Source: an uncultured Verrucomicrobiae bacterium
GTDB taxonomy: Bacteria; Verrucomicrobiota; Verrucomicrobiia; Opitutales; JABDGR01
Direction: 5' to 3'
Assembly: GCA_963765205.1 (NCBI GenBank)
Contig: CAVXVB010000012.1
Coordinates: 1 to 62,260 of the forward strand
Length of the DNA: 62,260 nucleotides
Part shown: positions 28,662 through 39,204 of the stretch, one piece after another
Numbering within the stretch: position 1 is the stretch's first letter
Layout: each line of letters starts with the position of its first letter
Translations under genes and position numbers: made by a program
Notes under the pieces: model-generated
The model's input: the letters and a program-made list of their open reading frames with translations, nothing else
What the model was told of the DNA's origin: nothing
Database searches by the model: none

Positions 28662-30752
28662 ATGAGCACCAAAGTCGAATTCAACTATAGCCAACTCGTT
28701 CGCACCGCGATCATTGACTCGTTCAAGAAATTGAATCCGAGGGACGAGATCAAGAACCTGGTCATGTTTGTGGTCTGGGTCGGCTCGGTCATGACCACCA
28801 TCTTCCTGTTCCTGCCGCACCAGTTCAACCTGTTCAACACCCAGATTTGCTTCTGGCTGTGGTTCACCTGCATCTTCGCGAACTTCGCGGAGGCCATGGC
28901 CGAGGGCCGTGGCAAGGCTCACGCCGACGCCCTGCGCAAAATGCGCACCAAGACCATGGCGCGCAAGCTCGTCAACGGCAAGGAGACGGAAGTGGCGAGC
29001 AGCCAATTGAAAATCGGCGACCACTTTGTCGTCGAGGCCAACCAGCTCATCGCGACCGACGGCGAGGTCATTGACGGCATCGCCACGGTGGACGAATCCG
29101 CCATCACCGGGGAATCCGCGCCGGTCATCCGCGAAAGCGGCGGCGACCGCAGCGCCGTCACCGGCGGCACCCGCGTGCTGAGCGACCGCATCGTCGTGCG
29201 CGCCACGGCGGAAGAAGGCAACACCTTCCTCGACCGCATGATTTCCATGATCGAAGGCGCGCGCCGGCAGAAGACGCCGAACGAAATCGCGCTCAACATC
29301 GTGCTCGTCAGCCTCACGGCGCTGTTCATCGTCGTTGTGCTCACGCTGCCGCCCTACGCCCTCTATGACGAGATTGACGCAAAGCAGACGGATGTCGTGC
29401 TCGTTTCGCTGCCCGTGCTCTTGTCACTCATTGTCTGTCTGATTCCGACCACCATCGGCGGCCTGCTCAGCGCCATCGGCATCGCCGGCATTGACCGCCT
29501 CATGCGCCGCAACGTGCTCGCCACCAGCGGCCGCGCCGTCGAGGCTGCGGGCGACGTGGACGTGCTTCTGCTCGACAAAACCGGCACCATCACCATCGGC
29601 AACCGCATGGCGACCGATTTCCTCCCCGCGCCCAATGTGGCCGTGGCCAAACTCGCGGAGGCGGCGCAGCTTGCCTCCATGGCCGATGAAACACCGGAAG
29701 GCCGCAGCATCGTCGTCTTGGCCAAGGAAAAATATAATCTCCGCGGGCGCGAAGTCGGCGGCGCTGGGATGCCCGCGACGTTCATTCCCTTTACCGCACA
29801 AACCCGCATGAGCGGCGTGGACATCGAAGCCACGGGCAAGGATCCTATTCGCTGCATTCGCAAAGGCGCGGCCGAGAGCGTGCAGGCCTGGGTCGAAGGG
29901 CAGGGCGGCGTGTTTCCCTCCGAAGTCTCCGAAGGCGTGGATCGCATTGCCCGCGCGGGTGGCACGCCCCTCGTCGTGGCGGAAAACACGCATGTGCTCG
30001 GCGTCATTTACCTCAAGGACATTGTCAAGGGCGGCATCAAGGAACGCTTCGCCCAACTCCGCCAGATGGGCATCAAGACCATCATGGTCACGGGCGACAA
30101 TCCCCTGACTGCGGCCGCCATTGCGGCCGAAGCCGGCGTGGATGATTTCATCGCCCAGGCCAAGCCCGAGGACAAACTTGCCCGCATCCGCAAGGAGCAG
30201 GAAGGCGGCAAGCTCATCGCCATGATCGGCGACGGCACCAACGACGCCCCCGCGCTCGCGCAGGCCGACGTGGGCGTGGCCATGAACACCGGCACCCAGG
30301 CCGCGCGCGAGGCCGGCAACATGGTGGACCTCGACAGCAACCCCACCAAGCTCATTGACGTCGTCGAAATCGGCAAGCAACTGCTGATGACCCGCGGCGC
30401 GCTGACGACCTTCAGCATCGCCAACGACGTGTCGAAGTATTTCGCCATTCTGCCCGCCATGTTTGGCCTGCTGTATGCGACCAAGGCGGGCGGCAAAGGC
30501 CCCCTCGATGCTTATAACATCATGTATCTGCACTCGCCGCAGAGCGCGATCCTCAGCGCGGTGATTTTCAATGCGCTGATCATCGTCGCACTCGTTCCGC
30601 TGGCGCTCAAGGGCGTGAAATACCAACCCCTTGGCGCGGCGACTATCCTGCGCAAGAACATGCTCATCTACGGGGTCGGCGGCATTATCCTCCCGTTCAT
30701 CTTCATCAAGCTGATAGACGTCATCCTGGTCGCGGTCGGCCTGGCTCCTTGA
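28662..30752 (+). CDS. kdpB: K+-transporting P-type ATPase subunit B
   Basis: [46 protein letters not shown]. Confidence 0.98.
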   Translation: MSTKVEFNYSQLVRTAIIDSFKKLNPRDEIKNLVMFVVWVGSVMTTIFLFLPHQFNLFNTQICFWLWFTCIFANFAEAMAEGRGKAHADALRKMRTKTMARKLVNGKETEVASSQLKIGDHFVVEANQLIATDGEVIDGIATVDESAITGESAPVIRESGGDRSAVTGGTRVLSDRIVVRATAEEGNTFLDRMISMIEGARRQKTPNEIALNIVLVSLTALFIVVVLTLPPYALYDEIDAKQTDVVLVSLPVLLSLIVCLIPTTIGGLLSAIGIAGIDRLMRRNVLATSGRAVEAAGDVDVLLLDKTGTITIGNRMATDFLPAPNVAVAKLAEAAQLASMADETPEGRSIVVLAKEKYNLRGREVGGAGMPATFIPFTAQTRMSGVDIEATGKDPIRCIRKGAAESVQAWVEGQGGVFPSEVSEGVDRIARAGGTPLVVAENTHVLGVIYLKDIVKGGIKERFAQLRQMGIKTIMVTGDNPLTAAAIAAEAGVDDFIAQAKPEDKLARIRKEQEGGKLIAMIGDGTNDAPALAQADVGVAMNTGTQAAREAGNMVDLDSNPTKLIDVVEIGKQLLMTRGALTTFSIANDVSKYFAILPAMFGLLYATKAGGKGPLDAYNIMYLHSPQSAILSAVIFNALIIVALVPLALKGVKYQPLGAATILRKNMLIYGVGGIILPFIFIKLIDVILVAVGLAP

Positions 30753-30798
30753 ACTCCTTCTCCACCATCAACCAACTTCGCGCCGAGGCGCACCAACC

Positions 30799-31545
30799 AT
30801 GAAACTCATCATCCAATCCATCCTCCAGACCCTCCTCTGGACCATTCTCCTGGGCGTGTTGTATCCGCTCGTCATGACCGTGATTGCCCAAGTGGCCTTT
30901 CCCTACCAGGCCAATGGCAGTCTGATCAAGGACGACAAGGGCAACATCATCGGCTCGGAACTGATTGCCCAGCAATTCACGGGCGCCAAGTATTTCTGGC
31001 CGCGTCCGTCCGCCTCGGCCAATGCGCCCCAAATTTCGGCCTACGGCACCATGCCCGCCGGCGCCAGCAACCTGGGCCCGACTAGCTCGGCGCTGCAAAC
31101 CGCCGTGCAGACGAACGCCAAGGCCATGCGCGACGCGCACGCCAAGTGGATGAAGGACCCCGTCAACGACCCCATCCCTTCGGACCTCGTCTTTGCCTCT
31201 GCCAGCGGCGTTGACCCCGACATCACTCCCGAGGCGGCGCGATTCCAAATCGGCCGGGTCGCGGACGCCCGGGGATTGAAAACGGAAGAGGTCGGCGCGC
31301 TGGTGGACCAATTTGTCAAGGGGCCCCAGTTCGGCTTTCTTGGTGAGGCCCGCGTGAATGTGCTCAAACTGAACCTGGCCTTGGATGCCAAGTGGCCGGC
31401 CACGAAACCTGCCATCACCCCGCCGCCGGCTTCACTTGCAGCGCCGGCAGCGGCGGCCGGGACTGCGGCGCCGGCGTCGGCTTCCGGGACGGCTCCCGCC
31501 GCCACGACCGCCGCGGCAACCGCTCCCGCCCCGACCACTAATTGA
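30799..31545 (+). CDS. kdpC: K+-transporting ATPase subunit C with Ala/Pro/Thr-rich tail
   Basis: YPL..T..AQ..FP.QANGSL, YFWPRPS, ASNLGP, SASGVDP.I, RVNVL.LN.ALD. Confidence 0.96.
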   Translation: MKLIIQSILQTLLWTILLGVLYPLVMTVIAQVAFPYQANGSLIKDDKGNIIGSELIAQQFTGAKYFWPRPSASANAPQISAYGTMPAGASNLGPTSSALQTAVQTNAKAMRDAHAKWMKDPVNDPIPSDLVFASASGVDPDITPEAARFQIGRVADARGLKTEEVGALVDQFVKGPQFGFLGEARVNVLKLNLALDAKWPATKPAITPPPASLAAPAAAAGTAAPASASGTAPAATTAAATAPAPTTN

Positions 31546-31555
31546 GGAATGAGCC

Positions 31556-32074
31556 ATGAATGCGAAAAAAATCCTGGTCCCAGTGACTTTAGCCGAAGGC
31601 TCGGGTGCCGCGGTCGCGGTGGCCTATCGGCTCGCGGAGGATTTGTCCGCCACGCTCGTGCTCCTGCACGTCGTGCCCGAAGGCGGGGCGGCGGAGGTTG
31701 AGCAGGCGAAAGTCAAACTCCAGCAGTTGGCGGAAAGGACCCATTTAACTCTGCCAATTGAGTGTGTGGTATGCACCGGCCCGGTCGCGCAACAAATCGT
31801 GGCCAAGGCCGTCGAATTGCAAGCGGACACCATGGTCATGTGTACACATGGCTATCGCGGCTGGTTTGGGTGGTCGCACCGCAATACCGTGCGCGAGGTG
31901 CTCGGGCGCGTGCATTGCCCGGTCTGGCTGATTTCGCCCGGCCCGGTCGGCGACATGCCTACGTTGTCGGTTCTGTCCAAGGAGGAGGAGCGGCAGAATT
32001 TTCCCCGGGCCGGCCGCACGGCCAATCTGTTTCCGTTTCCCGCGTCGCTGCGAACCCTGCTTCCTTCCGGCTAA
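31556..32074 (+). CDS. Universal stress protein (USP domain)
   Basis: KKILVPV...LVLLHV...G.VA..I...A....AD..VMCTHG...VL....CPVW; GAGG RBS. Confidence 0.85.
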   Translation: MNAKKILVPVTLAEGSGAAVAVAYRLAEDLSATLVLLHVVPEGGAAEVEQAKVKLQQLAERTHLTLPIECVVCTGPVAQQIVAKAVELQADTMVMCTHGYRGWFGWSHRNTVREVLGRVHCPVWLISPGPVGDMPTLSVLSKEEERQNFPRAGRTANLFPFPASLRTLLPSG

Positions 32075-32083
32075 TTCGTGGCA

Positions 32084-32305
32084 ATGAATTCACTGACCGT
32101 TTTCGGTTTGTTCGCCGTGACGGCGATGCTCGTTTGTTACGCCTTGGAGTCGCGGAGCCCGTGGTTTATTTTCGCTTTTGCCGGCGCGTGCGTGCTGGGT
32201 TCGGTTTATGGATTTCTGCAAGGCGCCTGGCCGTTTGGGCTGGTCGAGGCCGTGTGGGCCGTCGTCGCCGCCCGGCGCTGGTGGCGGGCTGGAAAAGCAA
32301 AGTGA
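32084..32305 (+). CDS. Small membrane protein (73 aa, about 3 TM)
   Basis: Hydrophobic ORF inside the operon with YALE and YGFLQGAWPFGLVEAVW and a basic C-terminus. Confidence 0.75.
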   Translation: MNSLTVFGLFAVTAMLVCYALESRSPWFIFAFAGACVLGSVYGFLQGAWPFGLVEAVWAVVAARRWWRAGKAK

Positions 32306-32386
32306 TGGAGGCAATTGGCGTGTTCGGCATGGACAATGCGCCCTGCTTCCGATACACGCATCATGGCGCTTCGCTCATATCGCAAC

Positions 32387-35050
32387 ATGGATGCTGATTC
32401 TCACCGGCCCGATCCGGATGCCTTGCTCGCGCGCGTGCGCTTGGAAGAGTCGCGCGCCCAGCGCGGGCGCCTGAAAATTTTTCTCGGCATGTGCCCGGGC
32501 GTGGGCAAGACCTACTCGATGTTGCGCAACGCGCGCAAGGAAAAGAGCGACGGGGTTGACGTGCTCGTCGGGGTCGTCGAAACCCACGGCCGCGTCGAGA
32601 CCGAGGCGCTCCTTGACCAGTTGCCCGTCCAGCCGCGCAAGGAGTTGCCCTACCGCGACACGGTGCTCAAGGAAATGGATTTGGAGGGCATCCTCGCCAA
32701 GCGTCCGGCCTTGACGCTCGTGGATGAATTGGCGCACAGCAATGCGCCCGGCTCGCGCCACACCAAACGCTGGCAGGATGTTGTCGAACTGATCGAGGCG
32801 GGCCTCAACGTCTTTACCACCGTCAACATCCAGCACATTGAATCGCGGGCCGACGCCGTCCGCCAAATCACCGGCGCGCTTGTGCAGGAGACGGTGCCGG
32901 ATTCCATTTTTGATCTCGCCGACGAAATCGAATTGGTGGACTTGACGCCGGAGGCGCTGCGCGAGCGCCTGGCCGAGGGCAAGGTGTATCTCGGCGAGCG
33001 CGCCGCCACCGCGCAGGAGAATTTTTTCCAGGAAGCGCACCTGACGGGCCTGCGCGAACTGGCCTTGCGCTTCACCGCCGAGCGCGTGGACCGCCAGGTG
33101 CGCGAGCGGCGCACCGGGGACGGCAGCCGCGTGGTTTGGCACAGTGGCCAGCGTTTGCTCGTGGCCGTCGGCCCCAGCCCGTTTTCGACGCAGCTGGTGC
33201 GGCGCACGCGGCGCATGTCCGAAGCTGCCGGAGTGCCCTGGGTCGCCGTGCATGTCGAGTCCTCCCAACCGCTGCCGCCAGAAGGCCAGCGGCTGCTCGA
33301 CAAAAACCTCGCCTTGGCCCGCGAGCTGGGCGCGGAGGTTGTTATCACGCACGATGACGATGTGGCCGCCGCCCTCGTGCGCGTCGCGCTCGAATATAAC
33401 GCGACCCAAATTGTGGTGGGCAAGCCGCGTGGCAGCCGGTGGGAGGAGTTTTGGCGCGGCGGGTCGCTGGTGGATCGCCTGGCGCGCAAAGGCGGCGACA
33501 TAGATATCTGCATGGTGCCGGGCGAGCAGACCAAACGCGCGCGGCTGCGCCTCCTGCGGGGCCTGCGCTGGTCCAGCCCGCGCGAATATGCGCTGGCTCT
33601 GGCGGTGATTGCCGCCATAACGGTGGGCGGATTTTTGCTGAAGGATTTAATAACTTACCGCTCGATCGGCTTGCTCTATTTGCTCGCGGTCATCGGTCTG
33701 AGCCTGCGCATTGGCCGCTGGCCCAACCTGTTGGCCGGTTTCCTCGCGGCGATCGCCTGGGACTATTTTTTCATTCCCCCGATCTTTACGTTTACCATCG
33801 GTTCGTTGGAGGATAGAATGCTCTTTGTGGCGACCATCGCGGTGTCGCTGGTCGCCGGGCAGCTTACTTCCCGCATCCGCGCCCAGTCCCGCAATGAGCG
33901 CCTGCGCGAGGAGCGCGCCACCGCGCTCTTCCACCTGAGCCGCGCGCTCGGCGCCGCCAAAACACTCGACGATGCCGTCTTCGCCGCCCTGCGGCAGGTG
34001 GACGATTTATTCGGCGCGGAGAGCGCCTTGGCGTATGTGGATGAAAACAGCCACACGCTGGTGCCGCATTTTGCGAGTTCCTACCCGCTGGAAGGCAAGG
34101 AGCAGGGCGTGGCCGACTGGTCCTTCCACAACCGCCGCGCCGCCGGCCGCTTTACCGACACGCTGCCCGGCAGCGAGGGCTATTACGTGCCCTTGCTGAG
34201 TGAAGACAAGGCCGTCGGCGTGCTGGGCGTGCGGCCGAAGGAGCCACTCACGCTTGCCCAGCGCGATTTGTTGGAGGCCTTCGCGCGCCAACTCGCGCTC
34301 ATCATCGAACGTGATCATTTGCGCTCCGCGGGCGAGCGCGAGCGCATCCTTGTCGAATCCGAAAAATTGCACCACACGCTGCTCGAAAGCGTCTCCCACG
34401 AATTGCGCACGCCCCTGGCCGTTATCACCGGGGTGAGCGAAAACCTGCCCAAAGCCGACGTGGCGTTGCGCGAAAACCTCTTGGGCGAGTTGCGCACCGC
34501 GGTGCGCCGCCTCAACCGCCTGGTGGGCAATTTGCTTGACCAGACCCGCCTCGAAAGCGGCGCGCTCAAGCCGCTCCTGGATTGGTGCGACGTCCACGAC
34601 CTTGTTAATGCCGCGGTGGAGGCAACGCGCGACGCCCTCGCGGGCCACCCGCTCACCCTGGTGATTCCCGAAAACCAGCCGCCGGTGCGCGCCGACTTTG
34701 CGCTGACGGAGCAAGCCCTGGTGAACCTGCTGCTCAACGCCGCGCACCATACACCGGCTGGAACCAGCGTCTCCGTCAACGTGGGTCTGGAGTCGGACGG
34801 CCAGCAGGTATTCTTCGCGGTGGCGGATCGCGGGCCCGGATTTCCGCCATCAGCTCGCGAGCATTTCTTCAAGAAATTTGTGCGGGGCGAGAGTGCGCGT
34901 GCCGGTGGTCTGGGCCTGGGCTTGTCCATCGTGCAAGGCTTTATCGCCGCGCAAGGCGGCGAAGTAACCATTGGCGACAATCCCGGGGGCGGTGCGCGGA
35001 TAACGCTTCACTTGCCCCACGTTCCCCTCAAGACTCCTCCCCCAGAATGA
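32387..35050 (+). CDS. kdpD: Sensor histidine kinase KdpD
   Basis: RPDPDALL, GVGKTY, LVDELAHSN, USP region, 4 TM, SHELRTPL H-box, GLGLGL G-box. Confidence 0.97.
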   Translation: MDADSHRPDPDALLARVRLEESRAQRGRLKIFLGMCPGVGKTYSMLRNARKEKSDGVDVLVGVVETHGRVETEALLDQLPVQPRKELPYRDTVLKEMDLEGILAKRPALTLVDELAHSNAPGSRHTKRWQDVVELIEAGLNVFTTVNIQHIESRADAVRQITGALVQETVPDSIFDLADEIELVDLTPEALRERLAEGKVYLGERAATAQENFFQEAHLTGLRELALRFTAERVDRQVRERRTGDGSRVVWHSGQRLLVAVGPSPFSTQLVRRTRRMSEAAGVPWVAVHVESSQPLPPEGQRLLDKNLALARELGAEVVITHDDDVAAALVRVALEYNATQIVVGKPRGSRWEEFWRGGSLVDRLARKGGDIDICMVPGEQTKRARLRLLRGLRWSSPREYALALAVIAAITVGGFLLKDLITYRSIGLLYLLAVIGLSLRIGRWPNLLAGFLAAIAWDYFFIPPIFTFTIGSLEDRMLFVATIAVSLVAGQLTSRIRAQSRNERLREERATALFHLSRALGAAKTLDDAVFAALRQVDDLFGAESALAYVDENSHTLVPHFASSYPLEGKEQGVADWSFHNRRAAGRFTDTLPGSEGYYVPLLSEDKAVGVLGVRPKEPLTLAQRDLLEAFARQLALIIERDHLRSAGERERILVESEKLHHTLLESVSHELRTPLAVITGVSENLPKADVALRENLLGELRTAVRRLNRLVGNLLDQTRLESGALKPLLDWCDVHDLVNAAVEATRDALAGHPLTLVIPENQPPVRADFALTEQALVNLLLNAAHHTPAGTSVSVNVGLESDGQQVFFAVADRGPGFPPSAREHFFKKFVRGESARAGGLGLGLSIVQGFIAAQGGEVTIGDNPGGGARITLHLPHVPLKTPPPE

Positions 35051-35739
35051 CCACCCCCGCCAAACCGCGCCTCCTCATTATTGATGACGAAGTGCAAATC
35101 CGCCGCCTCCTCCAAGTCACCCTTGAAGAGGGTGGCTTCGACGTGCGCGAAGCCGACACCGGCCGCCTCGGCCTCAGCGAGGCGGCCGCACTCCAACCCG
35201 AGGCGATTATTCTGGACCTCGGCTTGCCGGACATGGACGGGCTCGACGTTCTGCGCCGTTTGCGTGAATGGTCGCAGACTCCCGTGCTCGTACTCACGGT
35301 GCGGGACCGCGAGCAGCAAAAAATTGCGGCTCTCGACGCCGGCGCGGACGACTACCTGACCAAACCCTTCGGTGGTGGTGAATTGCTTGCGCGCTTGCGC
35401 GCCATCATGCGGCGCGTGCGCGCGCCCAACGAGCCGGCCATTGTGCGCTTTGGGGAAATTGAAGTGGACCAGCCCGCGCGCCTTGTGCGCCGGGCCGGCC
35501 AGGAAGTCCACCTGACGGCGAAGGAATACGCGTTGCTGCGGCTCCTTGTGCAGCACCGCGGCAAAGTCGTCACGCACCGGCACATCCTGCGCGAACTCTG
35601 GGGCCCCAACGCCGAGGAAAATACCGGCTACCTGCGCGTGTATATGCTCCACTTGCGCCAGAAACTCGAAGCCGACCCGCAAAAACCCAAGCACCTCACG
35701 ACCGAGTCTGGCATCGGTTACCGGTTAGTCGAGGCCTAG
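35047..35739 (+). CDS. kdpE: Response regulator KdpE (OmpR family)
   Basis: IIDDE, LDLGLPD.DG, GADDYLTKPF, LRQKLE.DP..P, GIGYR; ATGA overlap with kdpD. Confidence 0.95.
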   Translation: MTTPAKPRLLIIDDEVQIRRLLQVTLEEGGFDVREADTGRLGLSEAAALQPEAIILDLGLPDMDGLDVLRRLREWSQTPVLVLTVRDREQQKIAALDAGADDYLTKPFGGGELLARLRAIMRRVRAPNEPAIVRFGEIEVDQPARLVRRAGQEVHLTAKEYALLRLLVQHRGKVVTHRHILRELWGPNAEENTGYLRVYMLHLRQKLEADPQKPKHLTTESGIGYRLVEA

Positions 35740-35765
35740 CCGGGGCAAATGGTGGAGGCGGGGCT

Positions 35766-35799
35766 TTGCTTGCGCAAAATGCAAATTTGCGCAAAGCAA
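35766..35799. terminator. Stem-loop between convergent kdpE and RND gene
   Basis: TTGCTTGCGCAAA / TTTGCGCAAAGCAA inverted repeat. Confidence 0.45.
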
Positions 35800-35809
35800 T
35801 GGGGCGCCC

Positions 35810-35847
35810 GTCCCCGTGATTCAATGGACAGAACAGCGGTCTTCTAA
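35810..35847 (+). pseudogene. tRNA-Arg 5' half (anticodon loop CTTCTAA, TCT)
   Basis: 32/38 identical to the first 38 nt of the tRNA at 45738; homology stops right after the anticodon loop; no 3' half follows. Confidence 0.75.
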
Positions 35848-35950
35848 TTAAAAATGATACCTGGTCATCTATAAAACGTACACGTTTGAGGCATGGCTCC
35901 AGCCCGGAGAATGGCACGGCGCCCTGACTTTGGGCTGGCAGTTTTAAGGA

Positions 35951-38900
35951 TTACTCCCTGGTGCGAGGTTTGAACCAAAGTCCGGCCAGGGTAGGCATGA
36001 CGAGGAGATTGAGCGAGGTCGAGGTGATGAGTCCGCCGAGGATGACGATGGCCATCGGGCCTTCGATTTCGCGCCCGGCTTCGCCGCTGCCCAGAGCGAG
36101 CGGCAACAGGCCGAGCGCCGTCACCAGCGCGGTCATCAAAATCGGGACCAGCCGCTCGCTGGCGCCGCGAATGACCGTCGCGGTGTTCCACGGTTCGCCA
36201 TCCACGGTGACGAGATGTTCGTAATGGGAAAGGAGCATGATGGTATTGCGTGTGGTAATGCCGAAGAGCGTCACAAAACCGACCCACGAGCCCATGGACA
36301 AGCCACTGAGACCACCGGCGTGCAGGAGTGTTTGCAATTTGACCAGCATGGCGTAGAGCGCATGCAGGTGGGTTTGGCTCACGTCGGGTTCGGCCAGCGT
36401 ACTTGTAAGGAAAGCCGCAAACACGCCGCCGACCAGCGCGAAAGGCAGATTGATGAGGACCAGCGCGACATTGCGCCAGTTACCCAGCACGACATAGAGG
36501 AGCATGAGGATGCCGACGAGCGCAATGCCGCCGTGGAGCATCAGCTCGTCAAACGCGGCGGCGGCGGCCTGTGCCGCGCCAGTGTATTCCAGGTAGACGC
36601 CTTTGGGCAGTGTGACTTTGGCGGCAATCGCCTTCTGGGCTTCGGCGACAAACGTCGCCACGTCGCGGCCATTCGGCGGCGAGCAAGTGACGATTTGCAG
36701 GCGGCGCGCGCCATTGTGCTGGATGTCGTCGCGTCCGCTGCCGAGGGCCACGTCGGCCACTTCGCGCAGCGGCACGAGCAGGCCGGCTGGGTTGCGCAGC
36801 ATGAGTGAGCCGACATCGGCCGGATTACGCCGGCTGGCCTCATCAAGAATCACCGCCACGTCGGACACCTGGCTGCCTGCGTAATCCTGCGCCACCACGG
36901 TGCCTTCATAGGCGCTTTGCACGGCCTCGAGTACTTCCACCGGGCGGAAGCCCAACTCTGTCAGCCGCGGCCCACGCAGGTGCACGTCAATCACGGGCGA
37001 ACCTGGCGGTGCCGACACCGAGGCATCATCGGAGCCGAGCTGGGTGAGCGCATTCACAATTTCGTTGGCCTTGATGTCCAGCTCGTCGAGATCATCGCCA
37101 TAGACGTTGATGACAACGGGTTGCGTCTCGCCTCCCATCGTTTCACCGATGCGGTCACCAAGGAAGGTTTTGACCTCGAAATTGATGCCGGGGATTTTCC
37201 CGAGCATGGTTTTGATGTCCTCCTCGACTTGGGCCTCATCCCTGGCGGGGATGGGGGGGTAATCTGGGGGGTGCTTAAGTTCGACGTGGAATTCGCACTG
37301 ATTCGGCCCCCAAGTGTCCTCGCCGCGTTCCGCGCGCCCGAGCTGTTGCTCGGCGGTGGCCACCAAGGGCATCTTGAGCAACCCTTGCGAAATCTGTTCG
37401 CCGATGCGCATCATCTCCGGCAGCGAAGTGCCAGGCGCGGTCTTGACGCCGATGACAAAATGGCCTTCGCGGAAGTCCGGCAGCAACTCGCCACCAAGGA
37501 AGGGCAACGGCGCGATGGCCGCAACGCACAGCAGCAGCATCGCCAGGGCGATCAAGCGCGGGTGCCGCGCCACCCGGGCCAGACCACTCGAGTAATGACG
37601 CCGCAAAAATGTTTGCAGCCACGGCGCGCTGGCCTGATCCACATGCTTCGAGAAAAACAGAAAGGTCATCGCGGGCGTGACGGTCACCGCGACAAAGAGC
37701 GAGGCCATGATAGCCAGGATATTGGCCAGCGCCAAGGGGCGGAAGAAACTGCCCTGGAGGCCCGAGAGCGTGAGCACCGGCACGAACACTAACGCGACGA
37801 TGAACGTGGCATAGACCACGGCGCTGCGCACTTCCAGCGCGGCGTCGAGGACAATTTCCCGCATCGGCGGCGGGTTGGGCCGCCCGGCGCTTTCGCGCAG
37901 GCGGCGCAGGATGTTCTCGACCACGATGATGGCGTCGTCCACGACCGAGCCGATGGCAATGGCCAGGCCGCCAAGCGTAATGGTGTTCAGGCCGATGCCG
38001 AAATAATCCATCGCGATGATCGCGGTGAGCAGCGAAAGAGGAATGGCCGTCAGCGAAACCAGGGCGGTGCGAAAATGCCCCAGGAATAAAATCAATACGA
38101 TGGAGACCAGGACGCCGCCCAGAATCAGCGAATGGCCGATGTTGGCCAGCGACACTTCGATGAACGTGGCCGGCCTGTGCAGTTTGCCAAACACGGTGAT
38201 ACCCTCGCGGTCGAACTCCGGCTTCATGTCATTGAGCGCCCGCTCCAAGTCGACAGTGACATCCCGGGTATTCGACCCGTATTGATTCGTCATGGTCAGC
38301 AGCACGCCCGGTTTGCCCTGAATGAGGGCGTCGCCGAATTTGGGCTCCGCGCCGATGGTGACGGTGGCGACTTCCTTCAGACGGACAGGGACGCCCTGTT
38401 CGTTGGTGGCGACCACGACATTTTCCAACTCTTCAGCCGTCAGCGTCGGCGCCTGGGTCTGTATTACGAGGCGCTGGTTGTCGTTTTCGACGAAGCCCGC
38501 GCCAAGCACACCGGTGGAGAGCCGCGCCGCCGCCAGCACGTCATCCAGGCCCACGCCATAGGCTGCGAGCAAATCGGGGTGGACCTGGATTTGCCACTGG
38601 CGTACTTCGCCGCCAAAAATTTTGCAGTCGGCCACACCCGACACCGCCAGGAGCCGCGGGCGGAGCGTCCAACTGGCGAACGTGCGTAGCTCCATTGGGC
38701 TGAGCTTATCGCTGAGCAGGCCGATTTTAAGCAAATCCATGGTCGGGGAAGTCAACGGCGACATCGTTGGCGCCTTCACCCCGGCCGGCAGCAAACTGAC
38801 CGCACCGTTCAATTTTTCCGCCAGCAATTGCCGGGCCGGCAAAATGGGCGTTCCTTCCTCGAATTCAATCGTGATGACGGACAGGCCCTGAATGGATTCA

Positions 38901-39151
38901 GAGCGCATGGACTTTTGCTTGCCGAGGCCATTGAGTTGGTTTTCAAGTGGGAGCGTAACCAAGGTCTCGACCTGCTCCGCCGACAAACCCGGTGCCTCGG
39001 CTTGCACAGTCACCTCGGGTGGCACAAAATCGGGAAAAACGTCCAGCTTCGATTGAAAGACCGAGTAAAGGCCATACCCCATGACCAAGTAGGCCAGGGC
39101 CACGACAATGCCGCGGAAGCGAAGGGACAGCTGGACGAGCGTTCTGAGCAT
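35951..39151 (-). CDS. RND efflux permease, CusA/CzcA/AcrB superfamily
   Basis: LDVFPDF.PP.VTVQ.EAPG, GSVVDDAIIVVENI, ERLVPILMTAL. An alternative TTG start at 39208 overlaps the upstream stop. Confidence 0.92.
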   Translation of the reverse strand: MLRTLVQLSLRFRGIVVALAYLVMGYGLYSVFQSKLDVFPDFVPPEVTVQAEAPGLSAEQVETLVTLPLENQLNGLGKQKSMRSESIQGLSVITIEFEEGTPILPARQLLAEKLNGAVSLLPAGVKAPTMSPLTSPTMDLLKIGLLSDKLSPMELRTFASWTLRPRLLAVSGVADCKIFGGEVRQWQIQVHPDLLAAYGVGLDDVLAAARLSTGVLGAGFVENDNQRLVIQTQAPTLTAEELENVVVATNEQGVPVRLKEVATVTIGAEPKFGDALIQGKPGVLLTMTNQYGSNTRDVTVDLERALNDMKPEFDREGITVFGKLHRPATFIEVSLANIGHSLILGGVLVSIVLILFLGHFRTALVSLTAIPLSLLTAIIAMDYFGIGLNTITLGGLAIAIGSVVDDAIIVVENILRRLRESAGRPNPPPMREIVLDAALEVRSAVVYATFIVALVFVPVLTLSGLQGSFFRPLALANILAIMASLFVAVTVTPAMTFLFFSKHVDQASAPWLQTFLRRHYSSGLARVARHPRLIALAMLLLCVAAIAPLPFLGGELLPDFREGHFVIGVKTAPGTSLPEMMRIGEQISQGLLKMPLVATAEQQLGRAERGEDTWGPNQCEFHVELKHPPDYPPIPARDEAQVEEDIKTMLGKIPGINFEVKTFLGDRIGETMGGETQPVVINVYGDDLDELDIKANEIVNALTQLGSDDASVSAPPGSPVIDVHLRGPRLTELGFRPVEVLEAVQSAYEGTVVAQDYAGSQVSDVAVILDEASRRNPADVGSLMLRNPAGLLVPLREVADVALGSGRDDIQHNGARRLQIVTCSPPNGRDVATFVAEAQKAIAAKVTLPKGVYLEYTGAAQAAAAAFDELMLHGGIALVGILMLLYVVLGNWRNVALVLINLPFALVGGVFAAFLTSTLAEPDVSQTHLHALYAMLVKLQTLLHAGGLSGLSMGSWVGFVTLFGITTRNTIMLLSHYEHLVTVDGEPWNTATVIRGASERLVPILMTALVTALGLLPLALGSGEAGREIEGPMAIVILGGLITSTSLNLLVMPTLAGLWFKPRTRE

Positions 39152-39204
39152 CGGCGGAAAAAATACGGAGAGAGGGGATGAACGGGGCGGGCTTTTCCGG
39201 TGAC

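Noticed and set aside
35848..35950. Possible group I intron interrupting tRNA-Arg
   Set aside because: Only about 100 nt are available, no recognisable P7 core, and no 3' exon follows.
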